A program made the position numbers and the translations under genes. The notes under the pieces were generated by a model. The model saw only the letters and a list, made by a program, of their open reading frames with translations. It was not told where the DNA came from and searched no databases. 7,920 bases of DNA, taken from the IMG/VR virus record IMGVR_UViG_2671180921_000010, one strand, 5' to 3'. Positions 1-6,555 of the stretch are shown here, one piece after another (within the stretch, counting starts at the first letter, position 1; every line of letters starts with the position of its first letter). Source of the DNA: a virus. Lineage: Duplodnaviria > Heunggongvirae > Uroviricota > Caudoviricetes.

Positions 1-1387
1 TGTTTACTTCGTCAGCGGTAACTTTTATCGGCTCTGGTTGTTCTGAATCTTCAGCGGTATCTACATTTTGCGGTAAGCCCGTGTATGTGCCATTTTTTCG
101 GGCAAAATATTCTTCTTTTGTGATTTCAGTGGCGCCAGCAGCCAGTGCCTTATCCAGACCAGAAAGTTTGTTTGCGCGACCGTATTTTTCTCCGTCCTTA
201 TCTGCGGAGAGGAAATAGAACGGCCCCTCACGCTCTACAGATGGTTCAGCTTCCGGCGCGGTTTCATTTTTTGGGATATCAGATACCTCAGTTTCCACTG
301 CATCAGTTTGTGTTTCTGATGACTGGAGAACATCAACAGTGCCCAGGTCTGTTTCTTCATTCTCAAACACGCCCTTTGTCGTCAGGTATTCGCAGATATA
401 TTTGTTCAGTGCTATGGGATCTTTGTGAATGTCGATCGGACGCTCACGGACAAGGCCAAAAATAGTTTGGCGGTCGTAGCGAAGGGCATCAGGCTGTTTG
501 CGCATTGATGCCGAGATACGCTTCCAGTCTTCGCGGTCGTTGTCGATAACTTCATTTTTTGCCCAGCGATGGATGCTGCCATCAATGTTTCCGGCATCCA
601 CATCACCAGGCCAGAGAGCGTAGGCCAGTTCGTCATCCAGTGTTTTCCATGTCTGCTTGTATTCGCGATGGATGGCAGCAATGACCGGGCTGATTTTTCC
701 TGTTGAATTTTCAGTGTACTGTTGATTGGCTCTGGCGCGGGCGAGATCAACAACAGACGTGTATTTTCCGGTTTCCTTGCGTTCACCTTCGCGACGTTTT
801 TTCCAGATGCGCATCTCTGCCTGAATTTCGGGCCATTTAGCACCAGGAATACATTTATGCTTAACCCACCCAATGGCGTGCAACTTAAGCTCCGGATACA
901 TGGCGTTAACTTCTGGCATTTTCATCAACGCTTCAACGATATGTCCGTCGAATGTTGCCATGTCTTCCTGCAACAATTCCTGTGCGCTAATAACCATATC
1001 AACGGTGATGTTTTCACATGTGTCGAACTTAACCATGACAGCGTTCTGTACTTCAGGGGCCAGCTTGTCAAAAGTGACGTTCATCGGATCGGATTCAGTC
1101 TCAACCGGGACAAAAGAAGCAGACTCCTCATCCCAGCGGTTTTCCTGCATATATTCAGCATCCCATGAATCGAGGGCAGGGCGGGGTATGCCAGGTTTAT
1201 CCTCGCAGACAATAAATTTATAAGCGCAGTCCTGAGCAGCCGGATAATGTTCCAGGAATTGCCAGTGAAATTTTGCGCGGGCGCGACGTTCATCACCGGC
1301 TTCAATGGCAGTGGCTACAGCGACGGCACCTTCTTCCTTTATTGCCTGTTCGCCCGGAATGGCGGCGCAAATAAAGACTTTACTCAT
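1..1387 (-). CDS. Large acidic prophage protein, YdfE-like by position (5' part only; gene continues beyond the left window edge)
   Basis: Minus-strand ATG at 1387-1385; I checked every codon in this frame down to position 2 and found no stop (462 codons, begins MSKVFICAAIPGEQAIKEEGAVAVATAIEAGDERRARAKFHWQFLEHYPAAQDCAYKF...). Absent from the ORF track, presumably because it has no stop inside the window. Sits directly downstream of ydfD in the dicB operon, where ydfE lies in Qin. Function unknown. Confidence 0.6.
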   Translation of the reverse strand, partial: MSKVFICAAIPGEQAIKEEGAVAVATAIEAGDERRARAKFHWQFLEHYPAAQDCAYKFIVCEDKPGIPRPALDSWDAEYMQENRWDEESASFVPVETESDPMNVTFDKLAPEVQNAVMVKFDTCENITVDMVISAQELLQEDMATFDGHIVEALMKMPEVNAMYPELKLHAIGWVKHKCIPGAKWPEIQAEMRIWKKRREGERKETGKYTSVVDLARARANQQYTENSTGKISPVIAAIHREYKQTWKTLDDELAYALWPGDVDAGNIDGSIHRWAKNEVIDNDREDWKRISASMRKQPDALRYDRQTIFGLVRERPIDIHKDPIALNKYICEYLTTKGVFENEETDLGTVDVLQSSETQTDAVETEVSDIPKNETAPEAEPSVEREGPFYFLSADKDGEKYGRANKLSGLDKALAAGATEITKEEYFARKNGTYTGLPQNVDTAEDSEQPEPIKVTADEVN

Positions 1388-1480
1388 TTTGTTTTAACCT
1401 CATGACAGATTTAAGGATGAACAAATCCCTGCCATTGCTGGCATATAAGAATGAAACCGGATATTTATTACGGAACTGTT

Positions 1481-1672
1481 TTAAAGACCTGCCGGGATTT
1501 CGATATTATCCTGGTGAATAACTTTATCGACCGGGTAACAGTTACCGGGAATTTTCTGTTCGGTTGCTGCTGCCATACATTCCTGCATTGTTCTGTGAAC
1601 ACTGACTGCAATATCAACTGGCTCTCCGGAAACAAGAAAAACCGTCAGAATAAGTGCAAATACTGGATTCAT
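1481..1672 (-). CDS. ydfD: YdfD-like small lysis protein (63 aa)
   Basis: Internal Met of track ORF 1481..1726(-): MNPVFALILTVFLVSGEPVDIAVSVHRTMQECMAAATEQKIPGNCYPVDKVIHQDNIEIPAGL. Hydrophobic N-terminus; 63 aa as recalled for Qin YdfD. Its ATG overlaps the dicB stop (ATGA), implying translational coupling. Confidence 0.75.
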   Translation of the reverse strand: MNPVFALILTVFLVSGEPVDIAVSVHRTMQECMAAATEQKIPGNCYPVDKVIHQDNIEIPAGL

Positions 1673-1857
1673 TGTGCAAATCCTTTTGGCATCAGACGTA
1701 AACGGGCCAGCATTGAAACAATGCATACTTTATTTAATAACTCCCGTTCGTGTTTTCTTTTGTTAATGGCCTCTTCAGTAAATACAGGATTACTGATAGT
1801 GACACCAATTTCAAAACAACCTTCAGACGTATTAACGTTTGGTAATAACGTTTTCAT
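1669..1857 (-). CDS. dicB: Cell-division inhibitor DicB (62 aa)
   Basis: C-terminal 62 codons of track ORF 1669..1962(-): MKTLLPNVNTSEGCFEIGVTISNPVFTEEAINKRKHERELLNKVCIVSMLARLRLMPKGFAQ. Matches my recollection of DicB in length and sequence; lies immediately downstream of DicF as in Qin. Confidence 0.8.
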   Translation of the reverse strand: MKTLLPNVNTSEGCFEIGVTISNPVFTEEAINKRKHERELLNKVCIVSMLARLRLMPKGFAQ

Positions 1858-2026
1858 TATCGCGCCCTCAACAATGAGTTTTGTGATGCGGTGCCTGGTG
1901 CCTCCAGGTGACGTTAACCAGTTAACAATTAACGCCGGATACAGAGAATCCACCCATAACACTGTTTTTGGTTTTAACTGTTCCGCGTGCGCTTAGCCGC
2001 ATTCACCGCATCACAAAATTCACTTT

Positions 2027-2084
2027 AAAAAGGGCGGCAGAGCAGTCACGGAGTAAAACTGATACCGCCAAACGTCACCAGAAA
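2027..2084 (-). ncRNA. dicF: DicF small RNA (ftsZ-targeting antisense sRNA) with intrinsic terminator
   Basis: Reverse complement of 2027..2084 is TTTCTGGTGACGTTTGGCGGTATCAGTTTTACTCCGTGACTGCTCUGCCGCCCTTTTT-like (exact: TTTCTGGTGACGTTTGGCGGTATCAGTTTTACTCCGTGACTGCTCTGCCGCCCTTTTT), which matches the DicF sequence as I recall it. It ends in a GC-rich stem (GGCGG...CCGCC) followed by a U-tract. Located between ydfC-like and dicB. Exact processed 5' end not determinable here. Confidence 0.85.
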
Positions 2085-2425
2085 ATTGATAACAGAGGGC
2101 GTTGCAGCGGGGTTGTCACTTAAGCGTATGGTCAACCTGACAACCCGGTGTCCTCAACGGGGGAAGGAATAACCCCGCCATACTTACCGCCGCGCCATTT
2201 CGCGGATTGCCACAACCGGAAGCGCACGGTCGACGAAAATTTAACGACAGGCTATCTATGAACCAGCTACCTCGCCGTGCGCTTTCGCGTTATGGTCTGA
2301 CTTTTCAGGGAAATATCCTTTCAGTAAACTGTCAGTGCCGGATGCTCACCCGTGTCCGGCGCACGCACTCCACCTCACCCGTGGAGAACTCCTTAATTAC
2401 CAACCTTAGCTTCGTTGGTTAGCTA

Positions 2426-2644
2426 TTAACGCGGGTATGTAATCATTCTGGCAATGCTTAATGCCGCTGCTTTTTCCAGATTGGTGATATCCTGCTCCAG
2501 AGAGAACAGATTTTCAGCCTGCTTAGCCCTGGCTTCATTAGCCCATTTCAGATCCTGCGCTGCATTAATTTTCTGGTGCATCCACTCATAAAGTTCATCA
2601 TCGGTATAGTCTGGCGCGATGATAACGGGTTCTCGTTTCTGCAT
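2426..2644 (-). CDS. ydfC: YdfC-like protein (72 aa), dicB-operon member
   Basis: Track ORF 2426..2644(-): MQKREPVIIAPDYTDDELYEWMHQKINAAQDLKWANEARAKQAENLFSLEQDITNLEKAAALSIARMITYPR. Length and position (between ydfB-like and dicF) match Qin ydfC. Confidence 0.7.
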   Translation of the reverse strand: MQKREPVIIAPDYTDDELYEWMHQKINAAQDLKWANEARAKQAENLFSLEQDITNLEKAAALSIARMITYPR

Positions 2645-2673
2645 ACTGATTCCTCGCGGTGCTGTTTCGCTTA

Positions 2674-2802
2674 TCAGCCGTTAGATTTTGCCGAACTGGA
2701 AAGCGCCTGTTTAAATTCGCTGAAGCTGAGAGCTTCTTCGCCTTCGGCAAGGCCTTCGAAGTATTCTTCGTAAGCCTTTTCCATGATTGTGTCGAAATCC
2801 AT
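2674..2802 (-). CDS. ydfB: YdfB-like small protein (42 aa)
   Basis: Hand-translated minus-strand ORF, too short for the track: MDFDTIMEKAYEEYFEGLAEGEEALSFSEFKQALSSSAKSNG, stop TGA at 2676-2674. Start is 2 nt from the ydfA-like stop, in a different frame. 42 aa as recalled for YdfB. Confidence 0.65.
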   Translation of the reverse strand: MDFDTIMEKAYEEYFEGLAEGEEALSFSEFKQALSSSAKSNG

Positions 2803-2803
2803 A

Positions 2804-2959
2804 TCACCCACCTGAATTTCTTTCCAGCCAGCGACGCGCTCCAGATTCGGTTTTAAACGTTTTGCTTTTGGTATACGTCATTGCGGTGAACGTGCCGTCC
2901 TGGTTTGGAAACACGCCGTACACCAGAGATTCGTTGTTGCCAAGATCGATAGTATCCAT
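2804..2959 (-). CDS. ydfA: YdfA-like small protein (51 aa, YdaF/YdfA family)
   Basis: Internal Met of track ORF 2804..3013(-): MDTIDLGNNESLVYGVFPNQDGTFTAMTYTKSKTFKTESGARRWLERNSGG. GAGG Shine-Dalgarno a few nt upstream of this ATG. The longer start at 3013 is possible but lacks support. Confidence 0.7.
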   Translation of the reverse strand: MDTIDLGNNESLVYGVFPNQDGTFTAMTYTKSKTFKTESGARRWLERNSGG

Positions 2960-3038
2960 GCTGACCTCATTTCCCCTTAACGCCGGGGTAGCGGAACTGT
3001 TTGCTGAGAACACCGTGCGGTGTCTTGATGGAAAATAA

Positions 3039-3094
3039 TTTAGAATAACCTAACATGAGAGGCAAGTGTTTTTTGTTAGATTGATCTAACAAAA
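3039..3094 (-). promoter_or_regulatory. dicB-operon promoter/operator region: perfect 24-bp palindrome plus an imperfect second site
   Basis: TTTTGTTAGAttgaTCTAACAAAA at 3071-3094 is a perfect inverted repeat. A related imperfect site TTTAGAataaCCTAACA lies at 3039-3055. Both sit between the dicA stop (3128) and the ydfA-like start (2959). Candidate -35 TTGCCT and -10 TAAATT on the minus strand next to the palindrome are weak matches. Confidence 0.5.
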
Positions 3095-3127
3095 AGGGTG
3101 GGCGCAACTAATCACTTGAAAAGAATG

Positions 3128-3535
3128 TTATTTTATTGATTTATTTTTACGCGCTTTAAGCATTTCTTCGAAGAGTTTGTTGAAGTTTTCTACTCTTGCG
3201 CGCATTTCAGACAGCAAGGCTTCCTGCTCGGAAGATGGAAGAGCATCGAATAATTCGATCAATTCTTTGTGGTTGGGAGTTAGCTCTGTTTCCACATGAA
3301 GTTCTTGTGCAGGCACTGGTGCCTTGTCTTCGTCACCAAACATTAGCCATGTAGGTGAGCACTTCAGAGCATCCGCTAAAGCAAACAATCGTTTTCCGAC
3401 TGGCTGGGTTTCGTCTCTTTCCCATTGTGAAATTGTGACGTGAGCAACTCCAGCGAGGCGCGCGGCTTCTCGTTGTGTTAAGCGTAATTCTTTTCGTCGC
3501 GCCAGAACTCGCTGGCCCAGGGTTCTTGTATCCAT
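3128..3535 (-). CDS. dicA: DicA-like HTH (XRE-family) repressor, 135 aa
   Basis: Track ORF: MDTRTLGQRVLARRKELRLTQREAARLAGVAHVTISQWERDETQPVGKRLFALADALKCSPTWLMFGDEDK...MRARVENFNKLFEEMLKARKNKSIK. Clear HTH (LTQREAARLAGVAHVTISQWE); length and strong similarity to DicA as I recall it. Divergent from the dicC-like gene. Confidence 0.85.
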   Translation of the reverse strand: MDTRTLGQRVLARRKELRLTQREAARLAGVAHVTISQWERDETQPVGKRLFALADALKCSPTWLMFGDEDKAPVPAQELHVETELTPNHKELIELFDALPSSEQEALLSEMRARVENFNKLFEEMLKARKNKSIK

Positions 3536-3557
3536 AGTTAGGTAATTCTAATTTTTC

Positions 3558-3602
3558 TTGACTTAGGTATCCCGCGCACAATAATGTTAGAAAAGTCTAA
3601 CA
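3558..3602 (+). promoter_or_regulatory. dicC promoter with overlapping operator palindrome
   Basis: -35 TTGACT (3558-3563), 17-bp spacer, -10 ATAATG (3581-3586). Operator TGTTAGAaaagTCTAACA (3585-3602) has the same half-site as the palindrome at 3071-3094 and overlaps the -10 and start region. Confidence 0.55.
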
Positions 3603-3615
3603 AGAGGGGGATTTG

Positions 3616-3843
3616 ATGCTTAAAGTTGACGCAATTACTTTTTTTGGCAGCAAAACAAAGCTTGCCAATGCCGCAGGAGTGAGGCTGGCAAGTGTTGCTG
3701 CTTGGGGGATACTGGTTCCTGAAGGTCGCGCGATGCGTCTACAGGAGGCATCTGGCGGGGAGCTTCAGTATGATCCCAAAGTTTATGATGAATATCGTAA
3801 GACGAAGCGGGCGGGGCGGTTGAACAATGAAAATCACTCCTGA
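3616..3843 (+). CDS. dicC: DicC-like Cro-type regulator (75 aa from ATG)
   Basis: MLKVDAITFFGSKTKLANAAGVRLASVAAWGILVPEGRAMRLQEASGGELQYDPKVYDEYRKTKRAGRLNNENHS. SD GAGGGGG (3604-3610), 5-nt spacer, ATG 3616. The track's 3613 start is a TTG with too short a spacer. Strong similarity to DicC as recalled. Confidence 0.8.
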   Translation: MLKVDAITFFGSKTKLANAAGVRLASVAAWGILVPEGRAMRLQEASGGELQYDPKVYDEYRKTKRAGRLNNENHS

Positions 3844-4348
3844 ACAGGCTCGTGAGGCTCTGGATGCCTGGATATGTCGACCAGGAATGACACAGGAGCA
3901 GGCGACGATATTAATCACTGAAGCATTCTGGGCTTTGAAAGAGCGCCCGAACATCGATGTTCAGCGTGTCACAGATGAAGGTGGCGCGGTTGATCAGCGA
4001 GCGCTTGGTGTTAATCGAGTGAAGATATTCGAACGCTGGAAGGCTATCGACACCAGGGATAAGCGTGAAAAGTTCACGGCGCTAGTGCCTGCGATTATGG
4101 AGGCTATCCGGATTAGTGATTTCAGGTTGTATCGTGAAATTACTGACGGAAAAAGCATCACGTGCATGATCGCCGGGTTAAACAAAGAATATGGCGATGT
4201 GGTGGAGTCCGGACTGCTTTTTGCTGATCCTGCCGTAGTGGATCGTGAAACTGACGAACTTATAGAAAAAGCAATTGCTTTCAAGCTTGCGTATCGACAG
4301 CAATACCAACAAAAAGCTGGATGGAATTATGAGCCTTCTTTTTGCTGA
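3827..4348 (+). CDS. YdaT-like protein (putative CII-analogue regulator), 173 aa
   Basis: Track ORF 3827..4348, overlapping the dicC stop by 17 nt. Motif VNRVKIFERWKAIDTRDKREKFTALVPAIMEAI resembles the recalled YdaT family (KIFRW...DT...ALLPAIE). Directly downstream of the cro-like gene, as ydaS-ydaT in Rac and CP-933P-type prophages. Confidence 0.55.
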   Translation: MKITPEQAREALDAWICRPGMTQEQATILITEAFWALKERPNIDVQRVTDEGGAVDQRALGVNRVKIFERWKAIDTRDKREKFTALVPAIMEAIRISDFRLYREITDGKSITCMIAGLNKEYGDVVESGLLFADPAVVDRETDELIEKAIAFKLAYRQQYQQKAGWNYEPSFC

Positions 4349-5294
4349 ACGCCCACTGGTTATAAACACGCAGCTGGCAATGAAAATTGGCTTAAACGAA
4401 GCCATTGTTTTGCAACAACTGCACTACTGGTTGAGAGATACCAACTCCGGCATGGAATGTGATGGTGTTCGCTGGATTTATAACACAACGGAACAATGGC
4501 TGGAACAGTTCCCATTCTGGTCAGAGTCAACGTTAAAGCGCGCGTTTGCAAGTCTGAAAACGCTGGGGCTTTTGCGTTGTGAAAAGCTCAATAAATCAAA
4601 GCGCGATATGACCAATTTCTACACGATCAACTATGGGAGCGAGCTTTTAGATGGTGGCAAATTGAGCGAATCCATCGGTTCAAAATGCGCCGCTCCATCA
4701 GGTCAAAATGACACGATGGAAGAGGTCAAAATGAAACGCTCCATTGATTCAAAACGACCCAATGTCATCGGGTCAAAATGGCCTGATGATCTTACAGAGA
4801 ATACAACAGAGATTACTACAGAGAATAAAAACACTTTTCGTCCGGAAGCTTCGCAACCGGACCCGCAGACGACTGAACAGGATTTTTTAACCCGGAACTC
4901 CGACGCGGTTGTGTTTAGTGCGAAAAAACGCCAGTGGGGTAGCAGGGAGGATTTGGCGTGTGCGCAGTGGATCTGGGGGCGGATCGTGGGTCTCTACGAA
5001 CAGGCAGCCAGTGATGATGGCGAGATCATGCGACCAAAAGAGCCTAACTGGACTGCCTGGGCCAATGACGTGCGCACAATGCGGATGCTGGATGGCAGAA
5101 GCCACAGACAAATTTGCGAAATGTTTGGTCGGGTTCAGCGAGATCCATTCTGGGTAAAAAACATCATGAGCCCGTCAAAGCTCCGCGAAAAATGGGACGA
5201 ACTGGTCATCCGCCTGGGACGTTCACCTGTACAGCGTTGTGTTAATCATATTTCTGAACCGGATACAGAAATTCCGCCTGGTTTCAGAGGATAA
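4329..5294 (+). CDS. Phage replication initiator (lambda O-like architecture: N-terminal DNA-binding domain, linker containing the origin, C-terminal domain), 321 aa
   Basis: ATG 4329 (GGATGGA upstream), overlapping the YdaT-like stop; the track start at 4275 is a TTG. N-terminus MSLLFAERPLVINTQLAMKIGLNEAIVLQQLHYWL...FWSESTLKRAFASLKTLGLL looks like a winged-helix replisome-organiser/O-type domain. Iterons lie inside the gene. C-terminal domain (QWGSREDLACAQWIWGRIV...WVKNIMSPSKLREKWDELV) may be DnaT-like; that is inference. Confidence 0.65.
   Translation: MSLLFAERPLVINTQLAMKIGLNEAIVLQQLHYWLRDTNSGMECDGVRWIYNTTEQWLEQFPFWSESTLKRAFASLKTLGLLRCEKLNKSKRDMTNFYTINYGSELLDGGKLSESIGSKCAAPSGQNDTMEEVKMKRSIDSKRPNVIGSKWPDDLTENTTEITTENKNTFRPEASQPDPQTTEQDFLTRNSDAVVFSAKKRQWGSREDLACAQWIWGRIVGLYEQAASDDGEIMRPKEPNWTAWANDVRTMRMLDGRSHRQICEMFGRVQRDPFWVKNIMSPSKLREKWDELVIRLGRSPVQRCVNHISEPDTEIPPGFRG
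4671..4840. repeat. Putative replication origin: five about-23-bp iterons (core GGTCAAAATG) followed by AT-rich ACAGAGAWTA direct repeats
   Basis: Cores at 4677-4687 (GGTTCAAAATG), 4701-4710, 4724-4733, 4747-4756 (degenerate ATTCAAAACG) and 4771-4780. Spacing 23/23/23/24 bp is not a multiple of 3, so each copy is read in a different frame (IGSK / SGQND / EVKMK), arguing for a DNA-level function. Followed by CAGAGAATA / CAGAGATTA / CAGAGAATA at about 4794-4826. Confidence 0.6.
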
Positions 5295-5334
5295 GTGTTG
5301 ATTTCAGGTCATGAGGTAATTTTAAGGGGGACTT

Positions 5335-5757
5335 GTGGCAAAAGTTTTTACACAAGAAGAGCGGGAAAAAATTAAATGGCAGGTGGTGGAACTCGTGCGC
5401 CAGAGCGGCCGTGAGACGTTACGGCAACTGGAAGCTAAAACAGGTGCGACTAGATATCTGATGAGCGTTCTTGCCAGAGAGTTGGTAGCCAGTGGCGATG
5501 TATACAACTCCGGCTACGGGTTATTCCCCTCTGAACAGGCGCGTAAGGACTGGCAAAACGCCCGCAAAAAACTCTCGAGGGCAAAGGTGAAGAAACCTGC
5601 TGTGGTTGATCCGGACCTTATCTGGTCATCACCTGACGGAGAAATACGTCGCTACGACAGTCGCCTAAACATAATCTGTCGCGAGTGCCGGAAGAGCGAA
5701 GTTATGCAGCGCATACTGGCTTTCTATCAGGGTAATTTTCAGGACGTGGCGCAGTGA
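5335..5757 (+). CDS. Hypothetical protein, 140 aa, unknown function
   Basis: GTG start at 5335 with SD AAGGGGG (5324-5330). Sequence MAKVFTQEEREKIKWQVVELVRQSGRETLRQLEAKTGATRYLMSVLARELVASGDVYNSGYGLF... Its stop overlaps the start of the methyltransferase gene (GTGA). No family recognised. Confidence 0.5.
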   Translation: MAKVFTQEEREKIKWQVVELVRQSGRETLRQLEAKTGATRYLMSVLARELVASGDVYNSGYGLFPSEQARKDWQNARKKLSRAKVKKPAVVDPDLIWSSPDGEIRRYDSRLNIICRECRKSEVMQRILAFYQGNFQDVAQ

Positions 5758-6110
5758 GTGCACCGGCAACCATTCTTGATATGTGCTGTGGCAGCCGCAT
5801 GTTCTGGTTCGATAAGTCTGACGAACGGGCGATATTCAGCGATATCAGAAAAGAAGGATACACATTACGCAATGGGAGACGCTTGATTATCAACCCTGAC
5901 ATTATCGCAGATTTTCGTGCATTATCATTTGCAGACGCATCTTTTTCGATGGTTGTATTAGACCCTCCGCATCTTGAGCGTGTTGGTGATAACGCCTGGA
6001 TGGGAAAGAAATATGGACGGCTGAATAAAGATGCCTGGCGTGATGATTTGCGACAGAGATTTAAAGAAGCCTTTCGGGTGTTGAGGCCGCACGGCGTTCT
6101 GATTTTTTAA
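5754..6110 (+). CDS. Class I SAM-dependent methyltransferase-fold protein, probably truncated by an in-frame TAA at 6108 (reading frame continues to 6200)
   Basis: Motif I-like ILDMCCGSRMF, acidic FSDIR, motif IV-like VVLDPPH (DPPH), then LRPHGVLIF followed immediately by TAA. The same frame stays open for 29 more codons (WNETQIPVSQILALTDRKPVICQRTGKKR) before a stop at 6198-6200. 118 aa is too short to complete the fold after the DPPH strand. Confidence 0.55.
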   Translation: MSAPATILDMCCGSRMFWFDKSDERAIFSDIRKEGYTLRNGRRLIINPDIIADFRALSFADASFSMVVLDPPHLERVGDNAWMGKKYGRLNKDAWRDDLRQRFKEAFRVLRPHGVLIF

Positions 6111-6372
6111 TGGAATGAAACGCAAATACCGGTAAGCCAGATTCTGGCACTGACAGACAGAAAACCTGTTATCTGTCAACGAACAGGGAAAAAACGATAA
6201 AACCCACTGGATTATTTTTATGAAAGAGGCATCCAGTGAGTAGATTCGTAAGGCTACAGATACGTATATCTGAATAATTAAATTCAGTTCTGTAAATAAA
6301 ATTTAATCCTTAACCGGATGGATTTCTGCACCCTCAGAACATCAGGAGGCCGCCCGAAAGGGCGGTAGTGAA

Positions 6373-6555
6373 ATGCGAAAGTTCAAAATTATTATTGAAA
6401 CGGGAATAGCTGGTGGAGATTTTGAGGATGTATTCGAAGTGGACGATGACGCAACACCTGATGAAATTCATGACGGAGCATAAGAAATTTTCTTTAACTA
6501 CTGCAATTACTCATACCACGAAATAAAAGACGATGAGGAAGAACAAAGTGGCTGA
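6373..6555 (+). pseudogene. Small acidic protein gene (60 codons) interrupted by an in-frame TAA at 6481-6483
   Basis: ATG 6373: MRKFKIIIETGIAGGDFEDVFEVDDDATPDEIHDGA-TAA-EIFFNYCNYSYHEIKDDEEEQSG, stop TGA 6553-6555 overlapping the next gene's start. The downstream part has no in-frame start codon. AGGAGG at 6345-6350 is separated from the ATG by a hairpin (6352-6367). Confidence 0.35.

Noticed and set aside
145-1223. Plus-strand ORFs 145..465, 722..1168, 873..1223 and minus-strand ORFs 412..873, 1081..1305 from the track
   Set aside because: All overlap the long minus-strand gene (1..1387), whose frame I verified stop-free. Their translations are Cys/Ser/Arg-rich and low-complexity, with no RBS: shadow or out-of-frame ORFs.
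1451-1996. Plus-strand 181-aa ORF
   Set aside because: Antisense to dicB and ydfD, whose products are recognisable. Cys/Asn-rich composition and no convincing RBS.
2207-2422. Plus-strand 71-aa basic ORF
   Set aside because: Lies antisense within the leader of the DicF precursor transcript. Arg-rich composition typical of a non-coding frame; no RBS.
2804-3013. ydfA-like and ydfB-like as one frameshifted gene
   Set aside because: The two ORFs are in different frames and nearly abut, which looks like a frameshift. But their lengths (51 and 42 aa) and starts match the separate ydfA and ydfB genes as I recall them, so they are most likely two coupled small genes.
2576-3038. Track ORFs 2576..2773(+), 2598..2807(-), 2659..2856(+), 2787..3038(+)
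   Set aside because: Alternative frames or strands over the ydfA-like, ydfB-like and ydfC-like genes. The real genes are the short minus-strand ORFs with recognisable products.
3333-5507. Minus-strand track ORFs 3333..3581, 3739..3954, 3994..4284, 4178..4405, 4360..4551, 4887..5111, 5322..5507 and plus ORF 4909..5157
   Set aside because: Overlap well-supported genes on the opposite strand or in another frame. Compositionally biased and without RBS.
6263-6300. Short palindrome CTGAAT-AATTAA-ATTCAG (about 6275-6292) as terminator or operator
   Set aside because: Only a 6-bp AT-rich stem with no flanking U-tract and no second copy; too weak to call.
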